Below, one piece after another: positions 12,436 to 24,900 of a DNA stretch of 64,000 bases. Origin of the DNA: Mobula hypostoma (lineage: Eukaryota); assembly GCF_963921235.1 (NCBI RefSeq), contig NC_086097.1, forward strand, positions 150,972,001-151,036,000, read 5' to 3'. Each line of letters opens with the position of its first letter. Position 1 is the first letter of the stretch. The position numbers and the translations under genes are program-made. Under the pieces are notes generated by a model, which ran no database searches, was not told the DNA's origin, and saw nothing but the letters and a program-made list of their open reading frames with translations.

Positions 12436-12523
12436 TATTTGTTGTGTAAAGACGGACTTTTTTGTGTCCATTCTTGCACCAGTGCAGTGAAATGACTCAG
12501 AAGATTGTAATTCTTAATCATTA

Positions 12524-12830
12524 TTGGCACGTGGCCAAGTGGTTAAGGCAACAGTCTAATGATCTGAAGGTTGCTAGTTCAAACCTCAGCTGAGGCAGCA
12601 TGGTGTGTCCTTGAGCAAGGAACTTAACCACACATTGCTCTGCGACCTCACCAGTGCCAAGCTGTATAGGCCCTAGTGCGCTTCCCTTGGAAAATATCGG
12701 TGGCGTGGAGAAAGGAGACCTGCAGCATGGGCAACTGCTGGTCTTCCATACAACCTTGCGTAGGCCTGCACCCTGGAAGCCTTCCAAGGTGTAAATCCAT
12801 GGTCTCACAAGACTAACAGATGCCTATATA
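12524..12830 (+). mobile_element. tRNA-derived SINE
   Basis: A-box TGGCCAAGTGG, B-box-like GCTAGTTCAAACC, central gtgtccttgagcaagg.acttaacc motif, 8-bp TSD AATCATTA (12516-12523 / 12831-12838). Confidence 0.85.
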
Positions 12831-15800
12831 AATCATTAACCTTCTCACATTTGTCTGTAGGCCAAGGCCTAGAATCCACCTCTTCCATCTCACACCTTTT
12901 CAAAAATCGCCACTCTGGACTGTCTTTAGAATGAAGATTTCCCTCCAATTTTCTACCACACTGGTAGTTTGTTCGCTCACTTAGTCGGTGGCGCGTAAGG
13001 TGAAGATGGAGGAGGTAACTCAGGAGGGAGAGGCTGACGTCACAGCATAAGTTGGGCAAGTACATTCAATGCTTGCAAAACACACTTCACACTCTTCATC
13101 AGCCTGCCGTCCTCCCCTCCAAGTAATACAGTACTCACTAATTATCAATGGCCTCCCCTGTCTCGCATTAAAAACCGAGGATGGACTCAAGCACATGAAC
13201 GCGACCCTCCTGCGCACTGGCGCACTGGGCTAAGATTGCTATGGGGGCTGCTCAGTCACTGCCCACCACTGCAAGCTCTGGCATCATGTGTTGCACAAAG
13301 TTCAAAAAGCAATGTTTTTTTTATCAGGATCTCTCACTGAACCCCTAGCAACCTCTCATGAAGCCGGGTTGAGAAACCCTGTGATAGAGGTTTTAAAATT
13401 ATGAGAGGCATAGGTAAGATACACAGTCAGAATCTTTTCCCCTGAGTAGAAATGTCTAACATCAAAGGATACACTTTTAAGGTTAGCGGTTGTAAGTACA
13501 AATGTGAATGTATGAAGTGTGAAGTATAAAAACAAATTTGTCTTTACACAGAGAGTGGAATGGCTTACCAGGACTAGCAGTGGACACAGGCAGTTTAGTA
13601 GAGTTTAAGAGACTTTAAGACAGACATATGAATAAGCAGGGAAAGCAGGGTTATGGATGATACACAGGAAGAGAGCATTTAGTATAAATTGGTATCAAGA
13701 TCAGCACAACATCATGGGCTGAATGGCCCATCCAGAGTTGTGCTGTTCTATGTCCTACAAACTTTAGAATTCTGCAATGGATCAACAAGAAAAGGGATAT
13801 TTGTATAGGAGAGTCATATAATAGGAAACAAAATTGACAGAGATAATGTGGGTCTCTTGCAGACTAAGATGGGAAAATTATTTTGGGAAATAAAGAAAGG
13901 GCAGAGAAATTAATGGAGCCTCCACAGGAATGTGGCACAGAAATAAAGGATTTTATTGAACAGCAATGCAGGTGCAAGGTGCTAGCCAGCATAATACTAG
14001 GAATGTTTAATGGGACCTATAAACTGAGTGCAGACTTTATTCGTTAGACTGCTGAGAGAATACTAACAGGTTCCAAAAGAAGGAATGTTTATATACACCA
14101 ATTTCACATAGAACTATTCCGAAAAAGATGATCAGGAGCTAGGTTTAACTTCTTTTGCAATAAAATGAAAATACTTCCATTCTTAAATTCCAGCAATTAT
14201 TTTTGTTATGAGATTATTAGCTGTTGCTGATAAACAATCGATGTTATAGCATTGTACTTATCATTGTTGGAATCATTATCATTTGTAAATCAGACCTTAG
14301 ATCTGAGTGAAGGAAAGGGGAATGGGTTCTGCAGAGTCAGTTCTTCCCAAGTAGTGCAGAGGAACACCTCTGATTAAAGCTCCTTACTTTTGTTAGCATT
14401 ATGTGGAATTTTATATAGCTTGGAGTTCAGAAACAGACCATTTAGTCTAACTGCTCCTTCCAAGAATCAATAGAAGAATTTCCATCTTCAATTCATCTTC
14501 CATTGTCAATAACTCTTCCTTTCCTTAATTCATCATATACTTCTCTAACTTTTCTTGAAAGACACTGATGATCTTCACTTCATATGGGAGCCACTTCCAC
14601 ACCCTGAACTGTCTATGGTAAAAGAGATTCTGTATTATTTACTATAACCTATGAAAATTCATTTGAAATGTTTACACAAAACACACTCTTGATGAATTTG
14701 GTAAATGTAAGGAGGCATGCGTGCATAAACCTTGCAGATCTACTTGTCTGTCTGACAAAAGCTGATTCATTAAAATCTGCAACTTCTGCAAGAAAACAAC
14801 TGAAACAAAAGGCTTTTGCGCTGTATGACTCTGTGACTTTTCCCATATCTGAATCTGATCTGGACAGGATTCACTGTCCTCTTGGATTAAATAAAAAACA
14901 ATACAAGGACAGGAACAAAGAGATTCATTTGCTTTGGTCAATTCATTTTGTTATTAATTCACTCTTCTTTAATCCTTCATCACAACTATTGCTGGGCAGG
15001 AATGGATCGATATCCTTGTTGATCTTCCTGTGCATAGTCAGCTAAATAGATGCTGGCCTGACAGGTTTTGCGATGATGTGGGAATACCAGGTGATACAGA
15101 ACTGCTGCCTGGAGAAGCAAACCAACCAGCAGACTGAATGTAAAAGGATCTCAGTCATGTTGCATTGTGTATATTCAACAAACAATGAACGCTGTCTTCT
15201 CTGAATTTTTTCCCCAAATATGTACATACGATAGATTTTCTAGACATGCATCATGTTGGGCTCACATTCCTCCAGCAACTTTGGCTGACAGCAAATGCAC
15301 TTGAGCACACTTTGTGAAATCAAAGTGGCAAGATAAGATTGAAAGAATAAAATGAGCTAACCAGGTTGCAATGATTAAATAACATCAAGGTTATTTTGCT
15401 TTAAAGATGTATTGTCCACAAAGACATTAAGTGGGAGGAATGGGAGTTTTAAAGCCCTGCAGAACAATATTGTAGTCAGAGATACGATGGATTTTTTTCA
15501 CTGCCCTCTCTCCGCCCAATGCCTCTGGTATCCTCTAGGAACTTACATATACACGCTTTGATTTATCATCTCTAAATCATCCCTTATGTCTGAAAACATA
15601 TTATCAGTATCCACATGTACAAAGTACTTTATCGTCACTTTATATAATCCTTTCACTATCTTTAAACAGTCAGACTGCACATCTGCAACCAGCACTAGAT
15701 AAGCAAAATTCTCCTCCCACTAATTATCTGGAAGATACTACAAAATCTATTCCCTCTGCACTGAATCCTTTCTCCAAGCTGAATCAGAATGCCTGTGACC

Positions 15801-15884
15801 TTGGTGTCTATTTTGAGCTCGTGGTAGGCTTTCAATTACATTTACATGCCGTCATTTAGACTATTTCATCTTAAATTTATAATG

Positions 15885-16200
15885 ACGCAGAAGGATCCCA
15901 TTCACCTCTGCTCCTAGTAAAACAATCCTATTAATTCCTTTCCCCGCTGCTTATGTTCCTGCATCTCTGCCATTTATCCTTTCTCTCAAAGGCTCATCAG
16001 TTCCCCCTTTGCTCCTTTTTAATCATTAATCTACACCGTGGATAATTCAAACTGAAGTACATTTTGGGGATTAGGACAGAAACCTGTGCACTTGGAGCAA
16101 ATCCAAATATTCACAAGGAGACCATGCAAACTCTGTACAGTCAGACCAGAGATCAGTGTTGAACCTGGACGTGTAAAGATTTAACGCATCTACTGCCAAG
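15885..16200 (-). mobile_element. Degraded V-SINE (HE1-like)
   Basis: aaacctgtgcacttggag...ggagaccatgcaaactc...ttgaacctgg is the reverse complement of the V-domain plus B-box. Confidence 0.6.
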
Positions 16201-16496
16201 GGCCTTTATAACAAAGAATGGCTGCCTCATCTTTTAAATCTGTCTTAGTTGCCTTAATTGTGTCTATTTTATGCTACAAAGCAGGCCTCTCCTTACTCAC
16301 TTTGTTAATTTTTCATCCAAAAGTCTTCACCATTCCTATTCAACTGTCACTGATGCTTACTGATCTATACTAGATCTCATTTAAGTTGTGTTTTGATCTT
16401 TAAATTCTCATCATTGGTTTCAAATTCATCTTTTTCCATTACTACTTCTAAACTCAGTTTCAGTCCCACAGCCCATCGAAAGGTCTGTGCTCTTCT

Positions 16497-16923
16497 TGTC
16501 ACAACCACGGATTCGGCAGTGCAGCAGATTCGGCAATTGCGCTCGTGAATATGCACGTGTCAGCTAATTATTATTTCATTGTGATGGTATTTAACTCCAT
16601 TCTTTTCATTGTAGTGCTTGTTGAGACTTGAGCAAAGCTTAGCAACTTTCCGCTGCCTGCTTGCGTTTGGCCTTGCATGAGAAATTGGACGGCCGAGTCC
16701 ACTGACTTCGAAGACTAGCGGTATTAGTTTTATATTTAGTTATTCCTTTCAGCCACAGTATTGGTTTCGCTTTCCATTTGAGAGTTTTAGTTAACGGCCC
16801 TGTTTGGCCTAGTGTTCATTGTTTTCTTTTCCCTCTAACTCTGTTCCCATTAAAGTCTGTGAACTATCGACCTGCTTTAGTGTCTCTTGCTCTGCATGTG
16901 GGCCATATCCAAATGTGGTGACA
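16497..16923 (+). mobile_element. Solo LTR (427 bp)
   Basis: TGTCAC...GTGACA inverted termini, perfect 5-bp TSD CTTCT (16492-16496 / 16924-16928), ATTAAA near 16849. Confidence 0.88.
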
Positions 16924-17134
16924 CTTCTAGTCTTAATTTCTTGATCATCCCTCAGTGTAATCACACCAACTACAAAGCCTTGAACTTCAGCATGTTTTCA
17001 TGTTTTCTGTAAACCTTTCTGCCTCTCTCCCCTCCTGTTAGGAGTCTATTAACCCGACCTATTTGACCAAACTATTAGTCATCTGCCTGCTAACTTCTTA
17101 ATATTATGTATGATAAAACTCTCTTGAAGATTTA

Positions 17135-17760
17135 AGGATTCAAAGTACACTTATTATCAAAGAATGTGTGCGTATACAACCCTGAGATTTGTCTTCCCCA
17201 CAGACAGCCATCAATCAAAGAAAAACCATGAACCCATTCAGAGAAAAAGCATCAAATTCAGCCCCATATGCAAAAAAAAAACAAATTGTGCAATGGCAAC
17301 TAGAAAAATGAGTGGAAAACACAGAATCTAAAACACAAGATTGAAAGAATCTGGGCATGTTCAGTTCGGCTCAGTGTTCATTATCTGCAGGTTACCCCAG
17401 TTCAAAGTCACCAAAAAGCAACAAAATAAGGAGCAACCAGAAACCAGAAGCACATCATAACATGAACTACAGAGTCCAGTTCACAAACTGCATCAATTAA
17501 ACATAGCCCAAGACACATGGACTCCAGGACTATCTTCTGGCAGCACCGAGGGAGAGAGAGAGAAAGAGACCATTTAAACACAGGGCTTTCCTTTGGGAAC
17601 AGTGAGCTAGAAGCTGGTAAATGGCACTGAACACCCATTCACCTCAATGATTTCATTATTCCTTGGGCCTTCAATCGACAGGGTTGTTGAGAAATGGAGT
17701 CAGTCATGGGCTCACATCCCGTCTCCAGGATTCTTGGCCTCAAGAAGCAGATAGTAAAAT
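17135..17760 (-). mobile_element. LINE-derived (Rex1-like) 3' UTR or non-autonomous fragment
   Basis: gattcaaagtacacttattatcaaagaatg...tacaaccctgagatt is repeated at 59560-59640. Confidence 0.5.
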
Positions 17761-17889
17761 TGTTGAATCACTATAGTTGTTGATTTTGGTCATGTGTAGA
17801 CTCAGGTTTTTTTGTTATTGCTTTCCTTCCAACTGATGTTTCTCAAGTGGCATATCAGGCTTTTATCCCCATTTTTCTTCCTTTGGAGA

Positions 17890-19497
17890 TGGACACAGAG
17901 TCTACAGAAGCGAGGCAAAGCATCATCGACTTCTTGGACCCTGTACAGATTACAAAGGAGGAGGTGTTTGCTACCCTGAGGTATATCAGGGTGAATAAAA
18001 CCCCAGGGCCTGACTAGGAGTTCCAGCAGACCCTGCGGGAGGCAAGGGCAGAAATTGGCAGGACCCTAGCAGAGATATATAAAACATACTTTCTGTGAGG
18101 AGAGGTGCCAGAGGAATGGAAGATAGCCAATCAGTAAATATTGGCTGCTGGGTCTGCCATCAGTATGGGGAATTTATTGGAAGATATTCTAAGGGACCAG
18201 ATGTAGAAATATTTGGATAGACATGGACTAATTAAGGATAGTCATCAGGGCATTGTGTGTGGCAGATCATGTCTAACCAATCTTATAGAGCTTTTCAAGG
18301 AAGTTACCAGGAAAATGGATGAAGACAAGGCAGTGGATGTTGTCTACATGGACTTTAGCAAGGCTTTTTCAAGGTCCCGCATGGGAAGCTGCTCAAGACG
18401 GTTCAGTGGCGGCATTCAGGATGAAGTAGTAAATTGGATTACACATCGTCTTTATGGGAGAAGCTAGAAAGTGTATGTAGAAGGCAACCTTTCTGACTGG
18501 AGGTCAGTGACTGTTGGTGTGCCACAGGGATCGGTGCTGCGATCTTTGTTGTTGTCTTCTGTATCAATGATCTGGATGATAATGTGGTTAACTGGATCAG
18601 CAAATTTGAGGATGACACCATTAAGGGTGTAGTGGACAGTGAGGAAGGCTATCATGGCTTGCAGAGGGATCTGCATTAGCTGGAAAAATGGAAGATGGAA
18701 TTTAATGCAAATAAGTGCGAGATTTTGCAGTTTGAAAGGACCAGCCAGGGTACATCTTACACAGTGAACGGTAGGGAACTGAGGATTGTGGAAAAGCAAA
18801 GGGATCTGAGATTGCAAGTCAATAATTCATTGAAAATTGTGTCACAGGTAGATAGGATTTTAAAGAAAGCTTTTGGTACATTGGCCTTCATAAATCAATG
18901 TATTGAGTACAGGAGATAGGATGTTATGTTGAAATTGTATAAGACAATGGTGAGGCCTTATTTGGAGTGTTGTATGCAGTTTTGGTTACCTACCTACAGG
19001 AAAAAAGTAAACAAGGTTGAAAGAGGGCAGAGAAAATTTACAATGATGTTGTTGGGTCTGGAGGACCTGAGTTATTAGGAAAGATTGAATAAACTAGAAC
19101 TGAATTCTTCAAAACATAGAAAATTGAGAGCAGATTTGATAGAAGTATACAAAATTATGAGGGGTATAGATAGGCAGGCTTTTTCCACTGTGGTTGGGTG
19201 GGACTATGATCAGAGGTCATGGGTTAAGGGTGAAAGGTGAGAAGCTTAAAGGGAACATGAGGAGAAACTTCTTCACTCAAAGAGTCATGAGAGTGTGGAA
19301 TGAGCTGCCAGTATAAATGGTGCTTGCAAGTTCAAGTTCAATGTTTAAGAGAAGTTTGTATAGGCACATGGGTGGTAGGGATATGGAGGGCTATGGTCCC
19401 AGTTCAGGTTGATGGGAGCAGGGAGCTTAAATAGTTTTGGCATGGACTAGATTAGCCAAAGGGCCTGATTCTGTACAGTACTTCTCTATGACTTTAT
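17890..19497 (+). mobile_element. Degraded 5'-truncated CR1 LINE
   Basis: ORFs 18213..18467 ([10 protein letters not shown]...VDVVYMDFSKAF) and 18695..18919 (MEFNANKCE); CR1-type 3' end. Confidence 0.9.
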
Positions 19498-20324
19498 AAC
19501 TGCATTTAGCTATGTTACCCAGGGATGGCATCCCTTCCTTATTTGTAAAATTCAAAAATGAGTCCACAAATTTACTTGGTGATTTGGAGTCCAAATAATA
19601 AGAGAAAGGAAGCTGGTTCATTCTGAGCCCAGGGATTTCCTGTTGGCTTCTAGTTGACCTCTCAGGACAATAACATCAAGAGGACACAGACAGACCTATC
19701 CTGAGATGCAGTTATTCACTTCCATGGATGCCCCCTTCCTTGGTGTCCCTGGTGTAGCAAGTGAAAGATGGGATATACCTGTCTTCAGTAAAGTTCAAAT
19801 GGGTCAGATTGGGAGGGTCCAGATGAAGCTAAATGCCTGAAATGCAAAGAGGAAGTTGAAAGGATGGACTCTTATGTCGACGGGCCTCAGGGACTGATTC
19901 CCAGACTTAGGTCTCCTGGAGCTGATAGGCATTGTTCACGTTGACCTCATACATCCTATTAGGTTGCACTCTATAGATATGTAGGTTTGGTTGTTTAACA
20001 ATAAGAACATCACAGCCACACTTAATTCTCCTCTCAGTTGAGCTCTGTGGGTAGCTGCGTCCATGGAATAGTCCTGGTAAGAGGTAACATTGGTGAAAAG
20101 AAATAGTTTCTTCTAGGATCTGTCCTGCATTATTCTCCTATTGTTAATGCAATGACAGGGATTGTGTTTGCAGCAGTATTTTCAACAAGGACAGCGAGGG
20201 AGAAATTGTTGCTTTGGCTCTCTTTGCTGTATTATTAAGATTCATAAGTATGAATGAATGGGATCACTGTAAGCCTTTCTGACTTTCTTTTTGATCATGG
20301 CTGAGCTCCAGCACTATCGTAGAA

Positions 20325-20530
20325 GACCAGAAGACATAGGAGCAGAATTAGGCTATTCGGCCCATCAAGTCTGCCCTACCATTCCATCATGTCTGATTTA
20401 TTAACCCTCTCAAACTTCAACATCCTTATTAATCAAGAACGTATCAACCCTCACTGTAATATACCCAATGAATTAGCCTCCACAGCTGCTTTGGCAGTGA
20501 ATTCCACAGACTCACCACCCTCTATAGCAT
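20325..20530 (-). mobile_element. CR1 3' end fragment
   Basis: aagacataggagcagaattaggctattcggccc is the reverse complement of a CR1 hairpin and tail; also seen at 47295 and 49675. Confidence 0.7.
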
Positions 20531-21991
20531 CATTGACTTTACCTGACAAAAATCAATCTGAACCAGTATTGAAAAATACAGCACCTGCAGCTTTTTGAGA
20601 GGGAATTCCACTAGCCTGCTTTGTGATTTCAATCTTGGCTGTCATCTTAAGGTCCAGCATTGGCTCAGGCCGGATCTTGGTGAAGAGTGCCATATTTTGG
20701 CCCTACCTTGAATGAAGCAATTATTTCAATTTGCAGTGAACTGCCCATTTCAAAGAGGAAAATGAGTAGATTGATGTTTTTCACATATGTCGGTAAGAGA
20801 TCTATTGAGTAAAGGTCAGAAGAAGTATAGGCAGGGATAAAGAAGGCAATAGTATGACAATCTCATCGTGGCTATCCCTCGAGGTCGAGGATGATGGTCT
20901 TCGTTCTGTTGATCTACTTATGGGCTCTCAAGTTGCTTACTCCAATCTTGGCTTTGAAAGTTCTTCTGCATTCAGGACAGGTAGTTCCAGATGGCAGATC
21001 GGGCTTTCATTGTTGCTGCCTCGCTTTCCATTTTCTTCTCTTTTCTTCTAATTCTGCACATCTGTTGACTTTGAAAGTTGCTGTTCCTTCTTGGATGATG
21101 GCTCGCCAGAGTTTCCTGTCCTTGGCATTGGTTTCCCAATTGTTGATATCGATGTTACATTTCTTCATGTTGGCTTTTAGGACGTCTTTGAATCTCTTCT
21201 GTTGTCCGCCTCTTTTATGTTTGCCTTCTTTAAGCTGGGAGTAGAAGATTTGTTTTGGCAGATGTTCGTCTTTCATCTGAACAACATGACTGCTCCATCT
21301 TAGTTGGTTCTTGATGACATAGGCTTCAATGCTTGTTGTTTTTGCTTCATTTAGCACGCTGACATTGGTTCTTCTATATTCCCAGCTGATATTTAAGATG
21401 TTTCGAAGACAGCGTTGATGGAACTTTTCAAGTGCCTTCAGATGTCGTCAGTATGTTGTCCAGGTTTCTGATGCATACAGGAGTGTTGGGATTACCGCTG
21501 CTTTGTACACTAACCTTTTGGTGTCTGCTCGGATGTCACGATCATGAAAGACTCCTGTTTGGAGACATCCAAAAGCTGCTCCAGCGCATTTAAGACGATG
21601 TTGGATCTCGTCATTAAGGTCGACATTGGAGGAGAGGTGACTTCCAAGATACGGAAAGTGGTCCACGTTTTCTAGGGTTGTTTCACCGAGTTGAATTGGT
21701 GGTTCTATCCGATTTGTCTCAACTGGTGACGGTTGATAGATCATCTGAGTCTTCTTGGAATTGATGGTAAGTCCAAGTTTCATGTATGCTCGGTTGAAGG
21801 CAGTCAGAATCTGTTGTAGGTGGTTTTCTGAAAGAGCTGCAACACTGCTGTCATCTGCATATTGGAACTTGATGAGGGAACTCGTGGATGGCTTCGTTTT
21901 GGATTTGAGACTAGCAAGATTGAAAAGTTTGCCATCTCTTCTGTAGACAATTTCCATTCCTGGGGGTAGGTCGTCCTTGATAATGTGGATG

Positions 21992-24900
21992 GATAAGATG
22001 GCGCCGGTAACTGGCGACTCTGTGCGTGCTCTCCCGAGCAAACTGCCCTCTACAATATCCTATACCCGAGAAACCCTTCTAAACCTCCAATCTGCTACAT
22101 CTAGCAAGATCAACAACACCCTGGCGAAGCTACTGACCCAGCTGGAGACAACCGCGCCAGAATTGCTTCTTAAACTCCCGGCCGCACCTGGACCCGACCA
22201 GCGAGGCCTGGTCCGAGGCCCACCTGGTTCGAGTCCCGGAGATCCGCAGTCTGCTACCGTGTCAGAGCGCTTGGAGACATGGCCCTTTCCGACCAGCACC
22301 TCTCCGGAGCAGACGACCACACAGTAGTGATGTCAGTGACCTCAAGGTGCCCCAGACGCTTCCCCGGAGCGATCACCGTAAAACCCCGTTGGTGGCCATC
22401 CACAGTTGCCGAAAGTGAGGCCTCCGTCGCCGACCTCGGAAATCGAGCCCGAGGCTCGGCTGGAGCGGAGGCCTCCGCAACCGTGACTCGGCTTACGGAC
22501 TTGTTTCAGCCAGGAGCCCAGCCCTCCGGGATTAAGTGTCGGCTTTGGGGCCCGACCCAATCGACAACCCGGGCCCCCGGCAGCTGGAAGTGGCAGCGGA
22601 GCCTCCCTCATTACTCGGCCTGACCCAGAGCACCCGACGACACGACCCGCCGATCGATCCCCTCGGAACGCGTCCACCAACCTCACAGAGCTGACAACAA
22701 CACACTGCATCAACAGAAACCTGGAAAGATGAACTATTTACCGATGAAGAGTGGGAAAAGATCTGGGCTGCTGGTCAGATTGAAGCTGAGGGGCTTCAGG
22801 GTCCCTATGCCCACCATCCTACTAGCTAATGTGCAAGCCATCGAGAACAAGGTGGATGATCTTAAAGGGAGACTCACCTACTGCAGGGAGATGCAGAACT
22901 GCTGTGTATTCTGTTTCACCGAGACCTGGCTCTCCCCTGCCACCCCCGACTGTGCCATCCGACCGGAGGGATTTTCGATCCATCGGATGGACCACACGGC
23001 GTCTTCGGGCAAGACGAGGGGAGGTGGTGTCTGCCTCCTGATCAACACTGGGTGGTGCTTGGACACAGTGGCACTGACAAGCTCCTGCAGCCCGGACCTG
23101 GAACACCTGTCGGTGAAGTGTCATCCCTACTATCTGCCACGGGAATTCACCTCAGTCATACTGACAATGGTCGACATTCCCCACCAGGCGGACGTGGAGT
23201 GTGCTCTGAACATACTGTATGCCAACATCAGTGAACTTGAGACCAGGTATCCAGAGGCTTTGCTCATTACAGCCGGGGACTTTAACCAGGCCAACCTCAG
23301 AAAGACGCTGCCAAAGTTATACCAACATGTCTCCTGCCCCACTAGAGGCCCGAATATACTTGACCACTGCTACACAGCAGTCAAGGATGCCTACCATTCC
23401 GTCCCACAACCTCACTTCGGAAAATCAGACCATCAGGCCGTACTCCTCCTCCCGGCTTACAAACAGAAACTGAAGCGGGAGGTCACGGTGTCAAAAGTAG
23501 TGTCGCGTTGGACGGAAGAAACGGATGAGGTTCCCCGTGACTCCTTTGAACCGGTGGACTGGTTAGTATTCAAGGACTCGGCAGCTAACCTCGATGAGTA
23601 TGCCTCAGCTGTCACGGACTTTATTTGGAAACGCACAGAGGACTGTGTGTTTCGCAAGACGATCCGGGTATTCCCTAACTGGAAACCTTGGATGAATTAT
23701 GAGGTCAAGTCCCTTTTGAAGGCTAGAGCTGTGGCTTTTAGGTCTGGGGATACCAGTCGCTACATGGAATCCAGGCGTGAACTCCAGAAAGCCATTACGG
23801 GCGCCAAGAGGCAATATCGAGCCAAGTTGCAAGCCCAGGCTAACCAGAGAGATGCCAGTAGACTTTGTCAGGGTCTAAATGAGATCACTGGGCGCAAAGA
23901 AAAGGCTGGGAATATCAATAACTGTGGCGCTTCTCTTCCTGATGAACTTAATGTATTCTATGCAAGATTCGAACAGAAGAGGAGCTTCCCACTCCCTCTG
24001 GATGAACTGGACCTGGTGGCTCAAGATTCATCATCACCAAAGAGGACGTTAGAAGGGCCTTCCTGAAGATAATTCCAAGGAAGTCCCAGATGGCATGCCG
24101 GGACGGGTTCTCCGGGCCTGTGCAAGCGAGCTAGCTGGAGTGTTTGCTGACATCTTCAACTGCTCCTTGCTTCAGTCTAAGATCCCCTCATGTTTTAAGA
24201 AGGCAACGATAATCCCCGTGCCGAAGAAGAGCAAGGTGGCATGCCTGAATGACTATCGACCTGTGGCTCTGACATCAATTGCTATGAAGTGCTTAGAGCG
24301 ATTGGTTATGGCACACATCAACCACAGCCTACCGGTCAACCTCGATGCTTGGCAATTCGCCTACCAGAGCAACAGGTCAATGGCAGATGCCATCTCTCTG
24401 GCCCTACATTCCTCCTTAGAACACCTGGAGAATAAAGACACATACGTAAGGCTCCTTTTCATTAACTACAGCTCTGCCTTCAATACCATCATTCCAAATA
24501 AACTGATTCTTAAGCTCCAGAACCTGGGCATTAGCACTCAGATCTGCAGCTGGATCTTCAACTTCCTTACAGACAGGACCCAGGCTGTAAAAATAGGGGA
24601 CAAGCTCTCCTCTACAATCATTCTGAGCACTGGTGCCCCACAAGGCTGTGTACCCAGCCCCCTGCTGTACTCACTGTACACCCATGATTGTGTAGCCAAG
24701 TTTCCATCAAACTCAATATATAAGTTTGCTGATGACACAATAATTGTAGGCTATACCTCGGATAATGATGAGTTTTGAGTACAGAGAGAAAATTAAGAAC
24801 CTGGTGGCATGGTGCGAAGACAATAACCTATCCCTCAATGTCAGCAAGACGAAGGAATTGGTTGTTGACTTCAGAAGGAGTAGTGGACCGCACGACCCAA

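Larger units (their letters stand above)
8678..12445 (+). mobile_element. L1-Tx1 clade LINE 3' fragment (8678-9968, last bases after 12439)
   Basis: QKRLVDFFWGNRRHWVSAAVLSL...EG region and zinc-finger region ...HPYMECERLQALFEYLKGLLLRFWLHFSPTLLI are typical of the Tx1 ORF2 C-terminus. Confidence 0.85.
7575..12910 (-). pseudogene. Fragmented hAT (ZBED5/SCAND3-like) transposase
   Basis: N-terminal BED-finger segment NESYLSMGFPWTGDPNCPIPLCLVCGK (to 8594) and C-terminal dimerisation region FWLSVKEEYPAIHRKAMNILLQLSTSY...IKSKDRN (7606-7920); KKVRLY at ~12445-12465 rejoins NESYL across the Tx1 insertion. Confidence 0.85.
7302..13381 (-). mobile_element. hAT DNA transposon (Charlie/Buster type) carrying nested Tx1, Gypsy and SINE insertions
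   Basis: 15-bp terminal inverted repeats (TIRs) CAGCCTTTCTCAACC / GGTTGAGAAACCCTG; perfect 8-bp TSD TGATAGAG at 7294-7301 and 13382-13389. Confidence 0.93.
5900..13757 (+). mobile_element. Degraded CR1 LINE (5900-7301 plus 13390-13757) interrupted by a hAT element
   Basis: KEEVVLDLLKRIKMDRSPEPSGIYP and FMDDTKIVG-like RT remnants; sequence resumes after the hAT with tgatagaggttttaaaattatgagagg and ends in a CR1 tail. Confidence 0.85.
15740..17130 (+). mobile_element. Ancient L2-like LINE 3' remnant, interrupted by a SINE and a solo LTR
   Basis: Degenerate L2 motifs (gaccttggtgtctattttga; tttaaattctcatcattggtttcaaa; cctatttgaccaa). Confidence 0.45.

Noticed and set aside
12524..12600. tRNA-like sequence
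   Set aside because: It is the head of a TSD-bounded SINE, with no complete cloverleaf or terminator
14649..15227. Cluster of 60-125 aa ORFs in non-repeat DNA
   Set aside because: No recognisable motif or consistent splice structure; lengths are compatible with chance
19779..19836. Minus-strand exon-like segment with a good acceptor (cttcctctttgcatttcAG)
   Set aside because: Stops in all three frames and a weak donor (GTATAT)
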